Below, piece by piece: positions 7,815 to 17,736 of a stretch of DNA of 64,000 bases. Location: the IMG/VR virus record IMGVR_UViG_3300025732_000018. One strand, 5' to 3'. Origin of the DNA: a virus. Position 1 is the first letter of the stretch, and each line of letters opens with the position of its first letter. Below the pieces are notes generated by a model. The model was not told the DNA's origin, did no database searches, and saw nothing but the letters and a program-made list of their open reading frames with translations. A program made the position numbers and the translations under genes.

Positions 7815-10768
7815 TGAAGAACATCGAGAAGTACGTATCGCAGTACGTAGCTAACCAGTTTCCTTCCTTCTACAAAGAAGAGGGAGAGACTTTTATAGCT
7901 TTCATCAAGGCGTACTACGAGTGGCTCGAGAGCTCCGCGGTCAGCACTCTCTACCTAGAAGTTCCTACCGGCGCGTACGCCATCGGAGAGACGGTAGTTC
8001 AGCCTGCCAACGTCAACAACACAGCCACCGTCACCGAGGTCGGACCGGCCTTCATCAAGGTGATAGGGTCAGGCACCAGCTTCACCCCCGGCCCGGTATA
8101 CAAGTTAGACTCGATCAACTCTTCTCCGTCCGGTAAGGTGACCTGCACGGCAGGCAGCAGCATCATAACCGGCGACGGGACTTCCTTCCTGCTCGAGCTT
8201 GACGCCGGAGACTTCATAGTGGCAGACGGATCTGCCAGCGAGATCGAGTACGTCGCCTCAAACGACGTCGCTAAGATACCGTTCAAGTCTGGGGTCAACT
8301 ACTTCCTTAGCTCGTACGTCATCTACAGAGTGTCTCAGAAGTCGACCGTGACTCGCACCGAGAGCTCTCCCAACGTTGTGAGGGCGGCTAGAGAGCTACC
8401 CAGCTACGCAGACATCGACACGACCCTAGACCTGTTCATTGATCACTTCGTTAAGAAGTACCTCTACGGCGTACCGAGAGACACGCTCGGCGACAAGAGA
8501 AATCTTATCAAGAACATCATAAACTTCTACAGGGCTAAGGGCACCGACGACGCGTTCAAGTTCTTGTTCAGGCTCCTGTACAACGAGTCAGTAGAGATAT
8601 ACGTTCCGGGCAAGGACGTCCTCAGGGCGTCCGAGTCAGAGTGGGTCATACCTCGCTACCTAGAGGTGTCCGACTCTCCGTACCTCAAGGACATGGTCGG
8701 CAAGCAGATCTACAACTCTTCCAAGACAGCCACGGCTCTAGTTGAGAACTTCATAAGAAAGATCATAAAGAACAAGCCGGTCAACGTCCTGTCGGTGAGT
8801 CAGGTCAACGGAAACTTTAACTACAGTGAGTACGTCCTGTGCGACGGAGTCACCAACGACCTTCTACTCTCACCTAAGATCATAGGCTCGCTGAGCTCAC
8901 TTACCGTGGACAACGGTGGTTACGACTTTAAGGTCGGCGACGTCGTCGACGTTCAAGGCTCCGGACTTGGCGCTAAGGCGAGAGTGACGTCGATCATGAA
9001 CTTAACCGGCAAGGTACGGTTCTCTATTAGGGACGGAGGTTCTGGCTACAGCGTCGGTGACTCGGTCGTTACCGTCAGCCCGGTCTATAACTTGCTCTGT
9101 AACAACAGCGTCTCCTCCGTGGTCGTCGGCGAGAGAGTCTACCAGACGACTGGATCAAACACCTTCGTCGGAGAGGTGTTGAGCGTCGCCACTGGAGCAA
9201 ACACAGTAACGGTCAAGCGAGTGAGCGGCACACCGAACAACGCCCTCACACTTACTACCGTGACGTCCGCCTTGAGTCTCGACCTGACTAGCTTCTACGG
9301 AGGTGGAACCGGCGCTTCTTTCGCGGTCGGCGGGATAAAAGACCCAGAGATAATTCAGTACAGCACCGAGACCCTGGCTGCCTTCGTATCGGAGAACATA
9401 GACGACGGGGACTTTGAGGTTACCGTCGACGTGGTCAACGCCGGCACCTTTGAGGTCGGAGAGACGATAACCGGTGACATTCTAGCTAAAGACTTGATCA
9501 TAAACTACGCGATAGTGTCGAGCGCGTTTCAAGTCGGAGAGCAAGTCACCACCGGGATTGCCTCCGGAATAGTCGACAAAGTCGACGGCGACACGATGAC
9601 CATCAAGGGTTTCAACTCTACCGCTATATTCTTCGAGGGAGACACCCTCACCGGAGTCGACAGCGGTGCGACCGCCACGATAACAAAGACACTTAAGACT
9701 CAGAGGGTGTCCGCAGAAGCAACCATAGTGTCGATCGACGGAAACAAGCTTACTACTGACATACCTTTCTGCTACACCGTCCTTGAGGGGTACTACATCC
9801 CAGAGGTAACCATAGACAGCGCCGGTCAGGACTACGCTGTCGGAGACGTCGTAGAGTTCATAGGTGGTTCATACGTCGACACTCCTGCGACCGCCTACGT
9901 CGAGTCAGTCGACGGCTCCGGAGCCATCACTGGAATAAGGCTGGTGTCTCAGGGAAGATACAGCTCGGCCACGCTGCCAGACGTCGGTGTCCAGAGCAAC
10001 ATCGGTACCGGCGTAAGTCTGTCGGTTACCTTTGAGAGAGTCGCCGGAGACTACCTCACCGAGATGTACCTGACTGGTGGAACCTCCGGAGCGGTCGGAT
10101 ACGTCACGTCAGTCAAGAGGCTGTACGACTGGACCGACTTCGTGCACAAGAACGTAGAAGACCTCTATAACCTCGACGCCAAGATAGAAGACACTCTCAA
10201 CATACGCTCTAGGACGGTTGGGACTATCGACTATCTTAAGAACGTCAACCCAGGAACCGGCTACAACGTCAACCCTCACGTGGAGGTCCTCGAGACTAAC
10301 GTGTCGGACCTCTACATATACGACGCGGCGAGAGACAACTACAAGGGTAGAAACGCTAAGATCGACGGCATAGCTGGAGGTCTGACGGGAATCATCGGAA
10401 CCGTCGAGGTCATCGACTCAGGATTCGGCTACGGGCCTCAAGAGAGAGTGCTTCTTACCAGCGACTCTAACCCGTCAGCGGCATCTGCGACTTCGGTCAT
10501 CTTCCAGAAAGGAAGAAGCCCCGGTTACTGGAAGGACGACACGAGCTTCCTTAGCTCTAATAAATACATAATTGATAGTTACTACTACCAAGAGTACTCC
10601 TACGACCTAAGGTCAAAGGTTATGATCGATCGCTACAAGGAGGTCCTCCTGAAGCTAGCGCACCCGGCTGGATCAATTCCGTTCGGTAGCTTCCTGTTCA
10701 AGGACTCCTCGCTGAATGCTGAGAGCACCGTGGCGTCGTCTTACTTAACTCAAGCGGAAGACGCGTAA
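7814..10768 (+). CDS. gp7: Baseplate wedge initiator gp7-like
   Basis: 'QFPSFYKEEG..FIAFIKAYYEWLE', 'IKNIINFYRAKGT...LFRLLY' and C-terminal 'DSYYYQEYSY...HPAG'; follows gp6. Confidence 0.75.
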   Translation: MKNIEKYVSQYVANQFPSFYKEEGETFIAFIKAYYEWLESSAVSTLYLEVPTGAYAIGETVVQPANVNNTATVTEVGPAFIKVIGSGTSFTPGPVYKLDSINSSPSGKVTCTAGSSIITGDGTSFLLELDAGDFIVADGSASEIEYVASNDVAKIPFKSGVNYFLSSYVIYRVSQKSTVTRTESSPNVVRAARELPSYADIDTTLDLFIDHFVKKYLYGVPRDTLGDKRNLIKNIINFYRAKGTDDAFKFLFRLLYNESVEIYVPGKDVLRASESEWVIPRYLEVSDSPYLKDMVGKQIYNSSKTATALVENFIRKIIKNKPVNVLSVSQVNGNFNYSEYVLCDGVTNDLLLSPKIIGSLSSLTVDNGGYDFKVGDVVDVQGSGLGAKARVTSIMNLTGKVRFSIRDGGSGYSVGDSVVTVSPVYNLLCNNSVSSVVVGERVYQTTGSNTFVGEVLSVATGANTVTVKRVSGTPNNALTLTTVTSALSLDLTSFYGGGTGASFAVGGIKDPEIIQYSTETLAAFVSENIDDGDFEVTVDVVNAGTFEVGETITGDILAKDLIINYAIVSSAFQVGEQVTTGIASGIVDKVDGDTMTIKGFNSTAIFFEGDTLTGVDSGATATITKTLKTQRVSAEATIVSIDGNKLTTDIPFCYTVLEGYYIPEVTIDSAGQDYAVGDVVEFIGGSYVDTPATAYVESVDGSGAITGIRLVSQGRYSSATLPDVGVQSNIGTGVSLSVTFERVAGDYLTEMYLTGGTSGAVGYVTSVKRLYDWTDFVHKNVEDLYNLDAKIEDTLNIRSRTVGTIDYLKNVNPGTGYNVNPHVEVLETNVSDLYIYDAARDNYKGRNAKIDGIAGGLTGIIGTVEVIDSGFGYGPQERVLLTSDSNPSAASATSVIFQKGRSPGYWKDDTSFLSSNKYIIDSYYYQEYSYDLRSKVMIDRYKEVLLKLAHPAGSIPFGSFLFKDSSLNAESTVASSYLTQAEDA
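10559..10566 (+). promoter_or_regulatory. Possible late promoter (AATAAATA) in the gp7 3' end
   Basis: AT-rich late-box variant about 210 nt upstream of gp8. Confidence 0.35.
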
Positions 10769-10777
10769 GGAATAGAA

Positions 10778-13700
10778 ATGTCAAAGCTGACTATATCACA
10801 TGACGTTACACAGGTCGTTAACTTCATAGGAGATATATCCTCGAACGCAGAGTCACACTACGTGTTCGTGGCCAAGCACAGTCCTTGGGCAGACGACAAC
10901 AACCCTCCCGCGGCAGACACCAGCGTCGACGCGACCGAGCACAAGCTCTATACGGATCTTCTCTTTGGAAAGAGGATAGAGGCTGACAACGTGGTAGCCG
11001 CAGTGAGGCGCTACGACTGGACGGCCAACACCGTGTACGGAATGTATGACGACATCGACGGTGACCTGTACGCTAAGGAGTTCTACGTCTTGACCGACGA
11101 GAACAACGTATACAAGTGCATCTATAACGCCGACGGTCGCCCATCCACCGAGAAGCCGGTGACTACCTCCGAGGCCATCTTCGAGACCGCGGACGGGTAC
11201 AAGTGGAAGTACATGTATACCGTCAGCTCGCAGGACATCGACGACTTCGTGACTGACGAGTTTATTCCTGTGAGGACTAACGCTAACGTCGCCAGCGTGG
11301 CTGTCCCCGGCACCATCGACTTCATAAGAGTGACCGACAACGGCTACGACTACAGGACCTACCACTCTGGTACTATAACCTACGTTTCAAACGCCCAACT
11401 TGTAGCCATAGAACAGAGCGCTTCCGCGGAAGACAACTTCTACAACGGGTCGGCGATGTATCTAGTGGCCGGTCTCGGAGCGGGTCAAGTTAGAAAGATC
11501 AAGGACTACGACGGCACTCAGAGGCTAGTCCTTCTCGAGACGCCGTTTGACACTTACGGAATCGTCACGATAACGGACATCACGGGAAATATTGCAGTAG
11601 ACCAGTTCATAAGACAGGACTACAGCGCCATGACTGTATCCGACCTTACCGGCTACTTCGCCAGGGAAGGTGTCTCTGGCGCCATCGGCAAGATAAAGCA
11701 GACCGACACCGGTGCTCTAGGAGACATAGGGTTCGCTAACAACTCGAGCATAATAGCTCAGGTTATCGGCGCTACTCAGTTCTCCAGCAACCAGTACCCA
11801 GTTCTGAACGCCGACGATGGTGGAAGCCAGGTGCTCGGAGTCGTCTCGACGTCGAAGCAGTTCAGCGCCAACGTTACCTCCGGAAGCAACACCGTAGTCT
11901 GCAACGTCGCTTCAAACTTTACTGCAACCGTGAACGCGACCGCGGTTCTAGTTGGTACCATGGTGACCGGCTCTGGGTTTCCGGACGGAGCCACCATAGT
12001 AACTGCTAACTCTACGCACATCGTTTTAAGTGACCAGTCGACTACAACGGCTACGGGCGTAACTCTTACGCTGTCAAACAAGAAGATCTTGTTCGGGGTC
12101 GGCGCCAGCAACCTACCGGGTCTGGTCGGTAACACTGCCTTCACTACCGAGCTGGTCGAAAAGGGATACGTCAGGATCGGCACTGACATCGACAAGAACG
12201 TCAGAAAGATCGAGACGATAGCCTCTCCTAACCTTCTCAAGGTCACCTATGGATTTACTAACGACCCAGCTACCGGTTACGTGTACGAGATAAACAACGC
12301 GTACACCATCTCCTCACTGAACACGGTTCAGGCCAACGGGATAGTGACGTCGGTCAACCTTGACGCCATGACCGTCGAGTTGCAGAACGTCGTCGGAACC
12401 TTCTCTACTGGAGAAAAGATTCTAATAGTAGACGACGACCTCGTGTCGACTGGATTCGGCGCGACCGTTTCCTATATAAGTAACTTGCAAAATAATACGA
12501 TCACAATGATCGTGACGAAGGTCGACAATCAGAACGCCTTCTATAACTACGACCTCAAGGTCAAGGGGCTAAACTCTGGAGCAGTAGCCGACATAGCTTC
12601 TTCTAGAGTTCTTCCGAGCATCACCTATCAGGAGACCGGCGGAAAGATCCTGCAGGGCTTGAGCTTCAACACCTACGCTGAGTCTGGATCGACTACCGTG
12701 CTAGGTAGCGCTGCCATCATTGGAAAGACGTTCATACCGGACACCACGACTCAGTACTACATATCTCCATACGTTCAGATAACTGGAGACGGGTCAGACG
12801 CAGTAGCGTACTGCACTATCGACCCAGTAGCAAATACCATCTCTAAGATAGACGTGCTGAGTCCCGGCCAGAACTATACTCATGCTAACGTTACCATAAC
12901 AGCCAACACTCTCTATGGAACTACCGCTACGGCTAGAGCGATCATAAGCCCACTCGACGGTCACGGCTCGTACCCACAGATCGAGCTGGGTGGAAAGTAC
13001 GTGTGCGTGTCTACTGACTTTAAGAACATTGGAAACGAGCTATACAAGTTTCCAGGATACGGTGAGTTCAGAAAGATCGGCATCTTAAAAGATCCTAGGT
13101 ACAAAGAGCTCTATCTAAACTATACCACTAAGTACTCAGCTAACCTGCAGCTGACTAACGTATCGGGAACTTTCTCAGCCGGAGACGTCCTAACTCAGCC
13201 GACATCGACTGACGCTGTGGGGACTATAAAGACGGTCAGCGGAAGCAACGTGGTCGTAGTTGGAGTCCAAGGGGAGTTCGACGCGGCGGCTACTCCTGAC
13301 ACCGTCAGGTCTCTCCCGTCTGGAGCTACTGCAAACGTCTCGTCGGTAACTATGAACTATCCGGCAAACTCGACGTTCATAACTCAGGCTAGCACCGGCG
13401 CCACGGCCAACGTAGTGACGGCCTATCCGGTCTCTGACTACGTCAAGGTGACAAACGTAAGAGGTAAGTTCTTAACTACGGACGCCGGCGTTGACTCCAC
13501 GACCGATACTGCATCTAAGAACGCAGCGATAGACGTCGACACCATAAAGATAAATAACAACAGTCTAAACGTCAGCGGAAGCTACTACTCCAGGTTCAAT
13601 CAGCTGGCTAGGGTGTCGCTAAGCTCTCTGACTGGCACCTTTGAGAACCTTGCTGAGGTAACTCAGACGGTGACCGGCGCCACTGGAATAGTATATGACA

Positions 13701-14158
13701 CGACCAAAGAGATCGACTTTGAGATTGATAACGTGGTCGGTTCGTTCGTCGTAGGCGCCCTCGTTACGGATGGAACTACCGGTGCTAACGCTAACGTTCT
13801 ATACGCCAACAGCACCTACATGAAGCTTACTGCGGTAAGCGGGTCGTTTGAAGTTGGATCTGTGATAACTACGCCGACGGGTGCAAGTGCGACCATAACA
13901 GAAGTCTACCCCGTGCTAGTTCTCTCCGACGTATCAGAGAACATGATACAAGGAAACACCTCGGTCTATCTAAAGCAGACGAAGTTTGCTAACGGCGCTA
14001 CGAGCACCGGCATCATTGGGTACAACGAGACAGCTAACACAGTAACTCTTCCAGACCTAATTAGAGACACTGGAGAGATACTATACATAGAGAATATACA
14101 GCCAGTAACCAGGTCAAAGACGAGCAAAGAGTCTTTCAGGCTGATCATAAAGATGTAG
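10778..14158 (+). CDS. gp8: Baseplate wedge subunit gp8-like (enlarged)
   Basis: 'RRYDWTANTVYGMYDD...FYVLTDENNVYKCIYN...ADGYKWKYMYT' and C-terminal 'GEILYIENIQPVTRS...E.FRLII'. Confidence 0.8.
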   Translation: MSKLTISHDVTQVVNFIGDISSNAESHYVFVAKHSPWADDNNPPAADTSVDATEHKLYTDLLFGKRIEADNVVAAVRRYDWTANTVYGMYDDIDGDLYAKEFYVLTDENNVYKCIYNADGRPSTEKPVTTSEAIFETADGYKWKYMYTVSSQDIDDFVTDEFIPVRTNANVASVAVPGTIDFIRVTDNGYDYRTYHSGTITYVSNAQLVAIEQSASAEDNFYNGSAMYLVAGLGAGQVRKIKDYDGTQRLVLLETPFDTYGIVTITDITGNIAVDQFIRQDYSAMTVSDLTGYFAREGVSGAIGKIKQTDTGALGDIGFANNSSIIAQVIGATQFSSNQYPVLNADDGGSQVLGVVSTSKQFSANVTSGSNTVVCNVASNFTATVNATAVLVGTMVTGSGFPDGATIVTANSTHIVLSDQSTTTATGVTLTLSNKKILFGVGASNLPGLVGNTAFTTELVEKGYVRIGTDIDKNVRKIETIASPNLLKVTYGFTNDPATGYVYEINNAYTISSLNTVQANGIVTSVNLDAMTVELQNVVGTFSTGEKILIVDDDLVSTGFGATVSYISNLQNNTITMIVTKVDNQNAFYNYDLKVKGLNSGAVADIASSRVLPSITYQETGGKILQGLSFNTYAESGSTTVLGSAAIIGKTFIPDTTTQYYISPYVQITGDGSDAVAYCTIDPVANTISKIDVLSPGQNYTHANVTITANTLYGTTATARAIISPLDGHGSYPQIELGGKYVCVSTDFKNIGNELYKFPGYGEFRKIGILKDPRYKELYLNYTTKYSANLQLTNVSGTFSAGDVLTQPTSTDAVGTIKTVSGSNVVVVGVQGEFDAAATPDTVRSLPSGATANVSSVTMNYPANSTFITQASTGATANVVTAYPVSDYVKVTNVRGKFLTTDAGVDSTTDTASKNAAIDVDTIKINNNSLNVSGSYYSRFNQLARVSLSSLTGTFENLAEVTQTVTGATGIVYDTTKEIDFEIDNVVGSFVVGALVTDGTTGANANVLYANSTYMKLTAVSGSFEVGSVITTPTGASATITEVYPVLVLSDVSENMIQGNTSVYLKQTKFANGATSTGIIGYNETANTVTLPDLIRDTGEILYIENIQPVTRSKTSKESFRLIIKM

Positions 14159-14171
14159 AGGTAAGAAGAAA

Positions 14172-17100
14172 ATGGCATTAGAAACTAACCTAAACGCCTC
14201 TCCATACTACGACGACTTCGACGAGACAAAGAACTTCTATAGGGTTCTTCATCGTCCCGCGGTCGCCGTGCAGGCTCGCGAGCTCACGCAGGCTCAGTCG
14301 ATACTACAAGATCAGGTCAGCAAGTTTGGTCGACACATCTTCAAAGAAGGTTCTGTCGTAGAAGGTTGCTCGTTCTCTTTCAACAACAGATACTACTACG
14401 TCAAGCTAGTCGACAACCAGACAGACGGAACCAACCTAGACGTTCTGTCTCTCATGGACAAAGGTTACTCTCTTATCAACGGCGTCGACCTAAAAGCCTC
14501 GATAGTAAACGCCGTCGACGGTCTCGAGAGTCTTGCTCCAGACCTAAAGACGCTCTACATAGTATACTCAAATGCGAAGACGTATGCCAACGGCTACATG
14601 GTGTCCGTGTTTACTCCCGGTGAAGCCCTAAGCGTAGTTGACTCGTCAAACACCGTCATAGCGAACGTACAGATAGACTCTGCAACTACCTCGGTAGGAA
14701 CTGGTTACTCGTTCACTACCAGCGAAGGAGTCATCTTTAAGAAAGGATTCTTCGTCAGGGTAGACCCAGAGACGATAATAGTCAAGAAGTACGACAATCA
14801 GCCAGATAACTTGTCTGTTGGGTTTGAGGTCGCTGAAGAGATCGTTACGCCTGAAGTTGATCCAAGTCTGTTAGACAACGCTGCCGGAGCTAAGAACTTC
14901 GCTGCTCCAGGCGCGCACAGACTCAAGCTCAGTACTGGTCTGCTAGTCAAGACTACAGACTCGACCATCAGCGAGAACGAGTTCTTCTCTCTCGTAGACT
15001 TTAAGGGTGGAGTTCCAGTATCTATCAAGAACGACCCTCAGTATTCAACTCTTGGTAAAGAACTAGCCAGAAGGACTTTCGAGGAGTCTGGTCACTACAC
15101 GGTCAAGCCATTTCTTCTGTCTACTACAGAAGCTAACACTACTCACTTTACCGTTAACATCTCTCCGGGTGTGGCGTACGTCGACGGCTATAGGACTGAG
15201 ATTGCAAACAAGACTTTCATTCCGGCAAGAAGAGGTCTTGACACCGTCATAACACCGAACCAGCCGATGTCAACTAACTTCGGCTACTACTTCAGGATCA
15301 ATGAGTACTGCGGTGAGTTCGACGTCAACAGCATCACCAGGATAGAGATACACAATGACACGTACACCGCTCTAAGCACTAAGGCTTTCTTAGGAGTCGC
15401 TTATAACTCGGCTCAGATCATAGGAAGGGCTCATGTCAGAGGTCTTTCATACTCTGAGGGAACACCAGGGACTGCCGAGGCCGTATACAATCTTTACGTA
15501 TTCAACCTGATCATGAATAGAGGAAAGAACTTCTCTGACGCTAGAAGCGTAGTTTACTACAACGGTTCTGACGTAGTCGGAGTAGCCGACTTAATCCTCG
15601 AGAACGGCTACCCAGTCATTAAAGAGTCGGCGCTTAATTCTCTACTGTTTCCTCTTGGTCAGACGGCGATATCGCTGAATGGCTTCGACTCCATGAGCTA
15701 CGTCTATAGGAACAGGATCAACGCCTCTATCCAGACCAATGGTACTGCTACCATCTCTACCCCGTCGGTAATTGGAACTGCGACCGAGTCGTTCAGTGCA
15801 ACCGGAAGTCTAAGTAACAGTCTTGAGCAAGACTACATCGTCATCGCTGCTGAAGACGGAGAGACTGCTACTCTCTCAGGAAGTGCTACTTACACTAACG
15901 CCGCGAACACTGTAGTAGGAACCGGCGGATCGCTCTTCTCCACACAGTATCAGGTAGGAGACTATATAAGCGTCGACAACCAGATAGCGCAGATCACTAG
16001 GATCGCTAATAATACTTACATGGAAACCGACTTCAGTTTCACTGGAAGCGGCACCGTGACTCATAAGAAAGTGTTTCCAGAAGGTACGATCATACCTATC
16101 AACACTCGAGACAATAGGACTATAACAGTAGCTCCTGCCGGTGACACCGCGACTATAGACATCGACGAGACTCTTTCTACGTCGATGTCTGTAAAAATAT
16201 ACCAGAGCATCATTAGGGGCGGCACGTACCCAATAGCTAAGGTCATAAACAAGAGAAAGTACGTCAGGATCAACTGCGCTACTCATCCAAACGGTGCTAA
16301 CGGCCCGTGGGACCTTGGGTTCGTCGACGTCTATAAGATCAACGCCATATACATTGGTGATACCGCCGACACTACTCCTTATGATCCAACAGGAGCTGAC
16401 AAGAAGACAAAGTTCATCTATTCAGATGGACAGAGGGCCACGTGCTACATTCACGGCGTCCTTGAGAAAGACACAAGTAACCCTCCAGCTCTTACAGCTA
16501 CCAGCACAATACTGGTAGATCTTGATTACTTCACGTATGACCAGACTCAAGGTGTAGGTTTCTTTAACTTCCTGTCATATCCTATCGATGACACGAACAC
16601 AGCTAACACTAATGCTATAACAACGGCAACTATGCCGACATACGCCGGAGACTCGCTGAGAAACTACATTGACTTCAGGCCGTTCCTTGTCAACACCGCG
16701 GTAGTGACATCGGTCGTTAACGACTCAACCGTAAATCCTGCTACAACTAACACGTTTAGCGTCACGTCGGCTGGATCTTATCTTCCGTCGCCTGACAGCG
16801 TCTACCAATCTCAGACAGAACACTACCTGCCAAGGATCGACAGGATAGTGATGAACGCTAAAGGACAGTTGAACGTAGTAGAAGGAGTCAGTGACGACCA
16901 GCCGTATCCTCCTAAGGAGAGGCCCGGTGAGATGTCTCTCGGCCTCATCTACATTCCTCCATACCCTTCTCTCATCTACACGCAGCTGAGGAACGTTCCG
17001 AGGGCTAACAGAGGGTCTGAGTTCGTCACCATACAGCCGACGAAGAACCAGCGCTATACCATGAAGGACATCAGGACCATCGACTCTAGAGTCGAGGCCC

Positions 17101-17702
17101 TTGAGTACTACACCTCTCTCAGCCTTTTAGAGAAGAAGACAAAAGACATGCTGGTCAGAGACGACCAGGGTAACGACAGGTTCAAGAATGGATTCCTAGT
17201 CGACCCGTTCGACGATCACTTCATCGGTAACACCAAGAGCGTAGAATATAACTGCACCATCGACATGGAGATGGGTGAGATGAGACCTAAGATCAGGCAG
17301 TTCACCTCTGGCTTCAACCCTCAAGACTACACCAGCACTAACAAGATGGGTTCACTCGTCACTCTGGACTGGAGTGAAGTTAACTTTATGACCCAGCAGT
17401 ACGCCTCTAAGAAGAGAAACTGCATCGAGGGTAACGTCTACACGTACAGCGGCGTGATTACGCTGACACCATTTGTCGACACCTCGACTGACACTACAAC
17501 GAACCCGGTAGTAGCTACGGCTCAAGTTCAAAAGTATACGGCGGTGACCGACGGGGGAGCTGGAGCCATCACTACGGTGTTCAACAACTGGACTGGTGCA
17601 ACGGCCACTAAGTCTCCGACCTGGAAGCAAGATGAGAGAGCAAAGAAGAGAGCTGACAGGGACGACAGACTTCACATGAGAAATCATGGATTCAGAAGAT
17701 AA
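14172..17702 (+). CDS. VrlC/DUF4815-like virion structural protein, N-terminal part
   Basis: 'TNLNASPYYDDFDETKNFYRVLHRPAVAVQARELTQAQSILQDQ', 'APGAHRLK', 'YTMKDI...LEYYTSLSLLE...RFKNGFLVDPF'. Confidence 0.8.
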   Translation: MALETNLNASPYYDDFDETKNFYRVLHRPAVAVQARELTQAQSILQDQVSKFGRHIFKEGSVVEGCSFSFNNRYYYVKLVDNQTDGTNLDVLSLMDKGYSLINGVDLKASIVNAVDGLESLAPDLKTLYIVYSNAKTYANGYMVSVFTPGEALSVVDSSNTVIANVQIDSATTSVGTGYSFTTSEGVIFKKGFFVRVDPETIIVKKYDNQPDNLSVGFEVAEEIVTPEVDPSLLDNAAGAKNFAAPGAHRLKLSTGLLVKTTDSTISENEFFSLVDFKGGVPVSIKNDPQYSTLGKELARRTFEESGHYTVKPFLLSTTEANTTHFTVNISPGVAYVDGYRTEIANKTFIPARRGLDTVITPNQPMSTNFGYYFRINEYCGEFDVNSITRIEIHNDTYTALSTKAFLGVAYNSAQIIGRAHVRGLSYSEGTPGTAEAVYNLYVFNLIMNRGKNFSDARSVVYYNGSDVVGVADLILENGYPVIKESALNSLLFPLGQTAISLNGFDSMSYVYRNRINASIQTNGTATISTPSVIGTATESFSATGSLSNSLEQDYIVIAAEDGETATLSGSATYTNAANTVVGTGGSLFSTQYQVGDYISVDNQIAQITRIANNTYMETDFSFTGSGTVTHKKVFPEGTIIPINTRDNRTITVAPAGDTATIDIDETLSTSMSVKIYQSIIRGGTYPIAKVINKRKYVRINCATHPNGANGPWDLGFVDVYKINAIYIGDTADTTPYDPTGADKKTKFIYSDGQRATCYIHGVLEKDTSNPPALTATSTILVDLDYFTYDQTQGVGFFNFLSYPIDDTNTANTNAITTATMPTYAGDSLRNYIDFRPFLVNTAVVTSVVNDSTVNPATTNTFSVTSAGSYLPSPDSVYQSQTEHYLPRIDRIVMNAKGQLNVVEGVSDDQPYPPKERPGEMSLGLIYIPPYPSLIYTQLRNVPRANRGSEFVTIQPTKNQRYTMKDIRTIDSRVEALEYYTSLSLLEKKTKDMLVRDDQGNDRFKNGFLVDPFDDHFIGNTKSVEYNCTIDMEMGEMRPKIRQFTSGFNPQDYTSTNKMGSLVTLDWSEVNFMTQQYASKKRNCIEGNVYTYSGVITLTPFVDTSTDTTTNPVVATAQVQKYTAVTDGGAGAITTVFNNWTGATATKSPTWKQDERAKKRADRDDRLHMRNHGFRR

Positions 17703-17736
17703 TAAATTAAGTTAAGGGCCTCATCAGGGATTAGAA

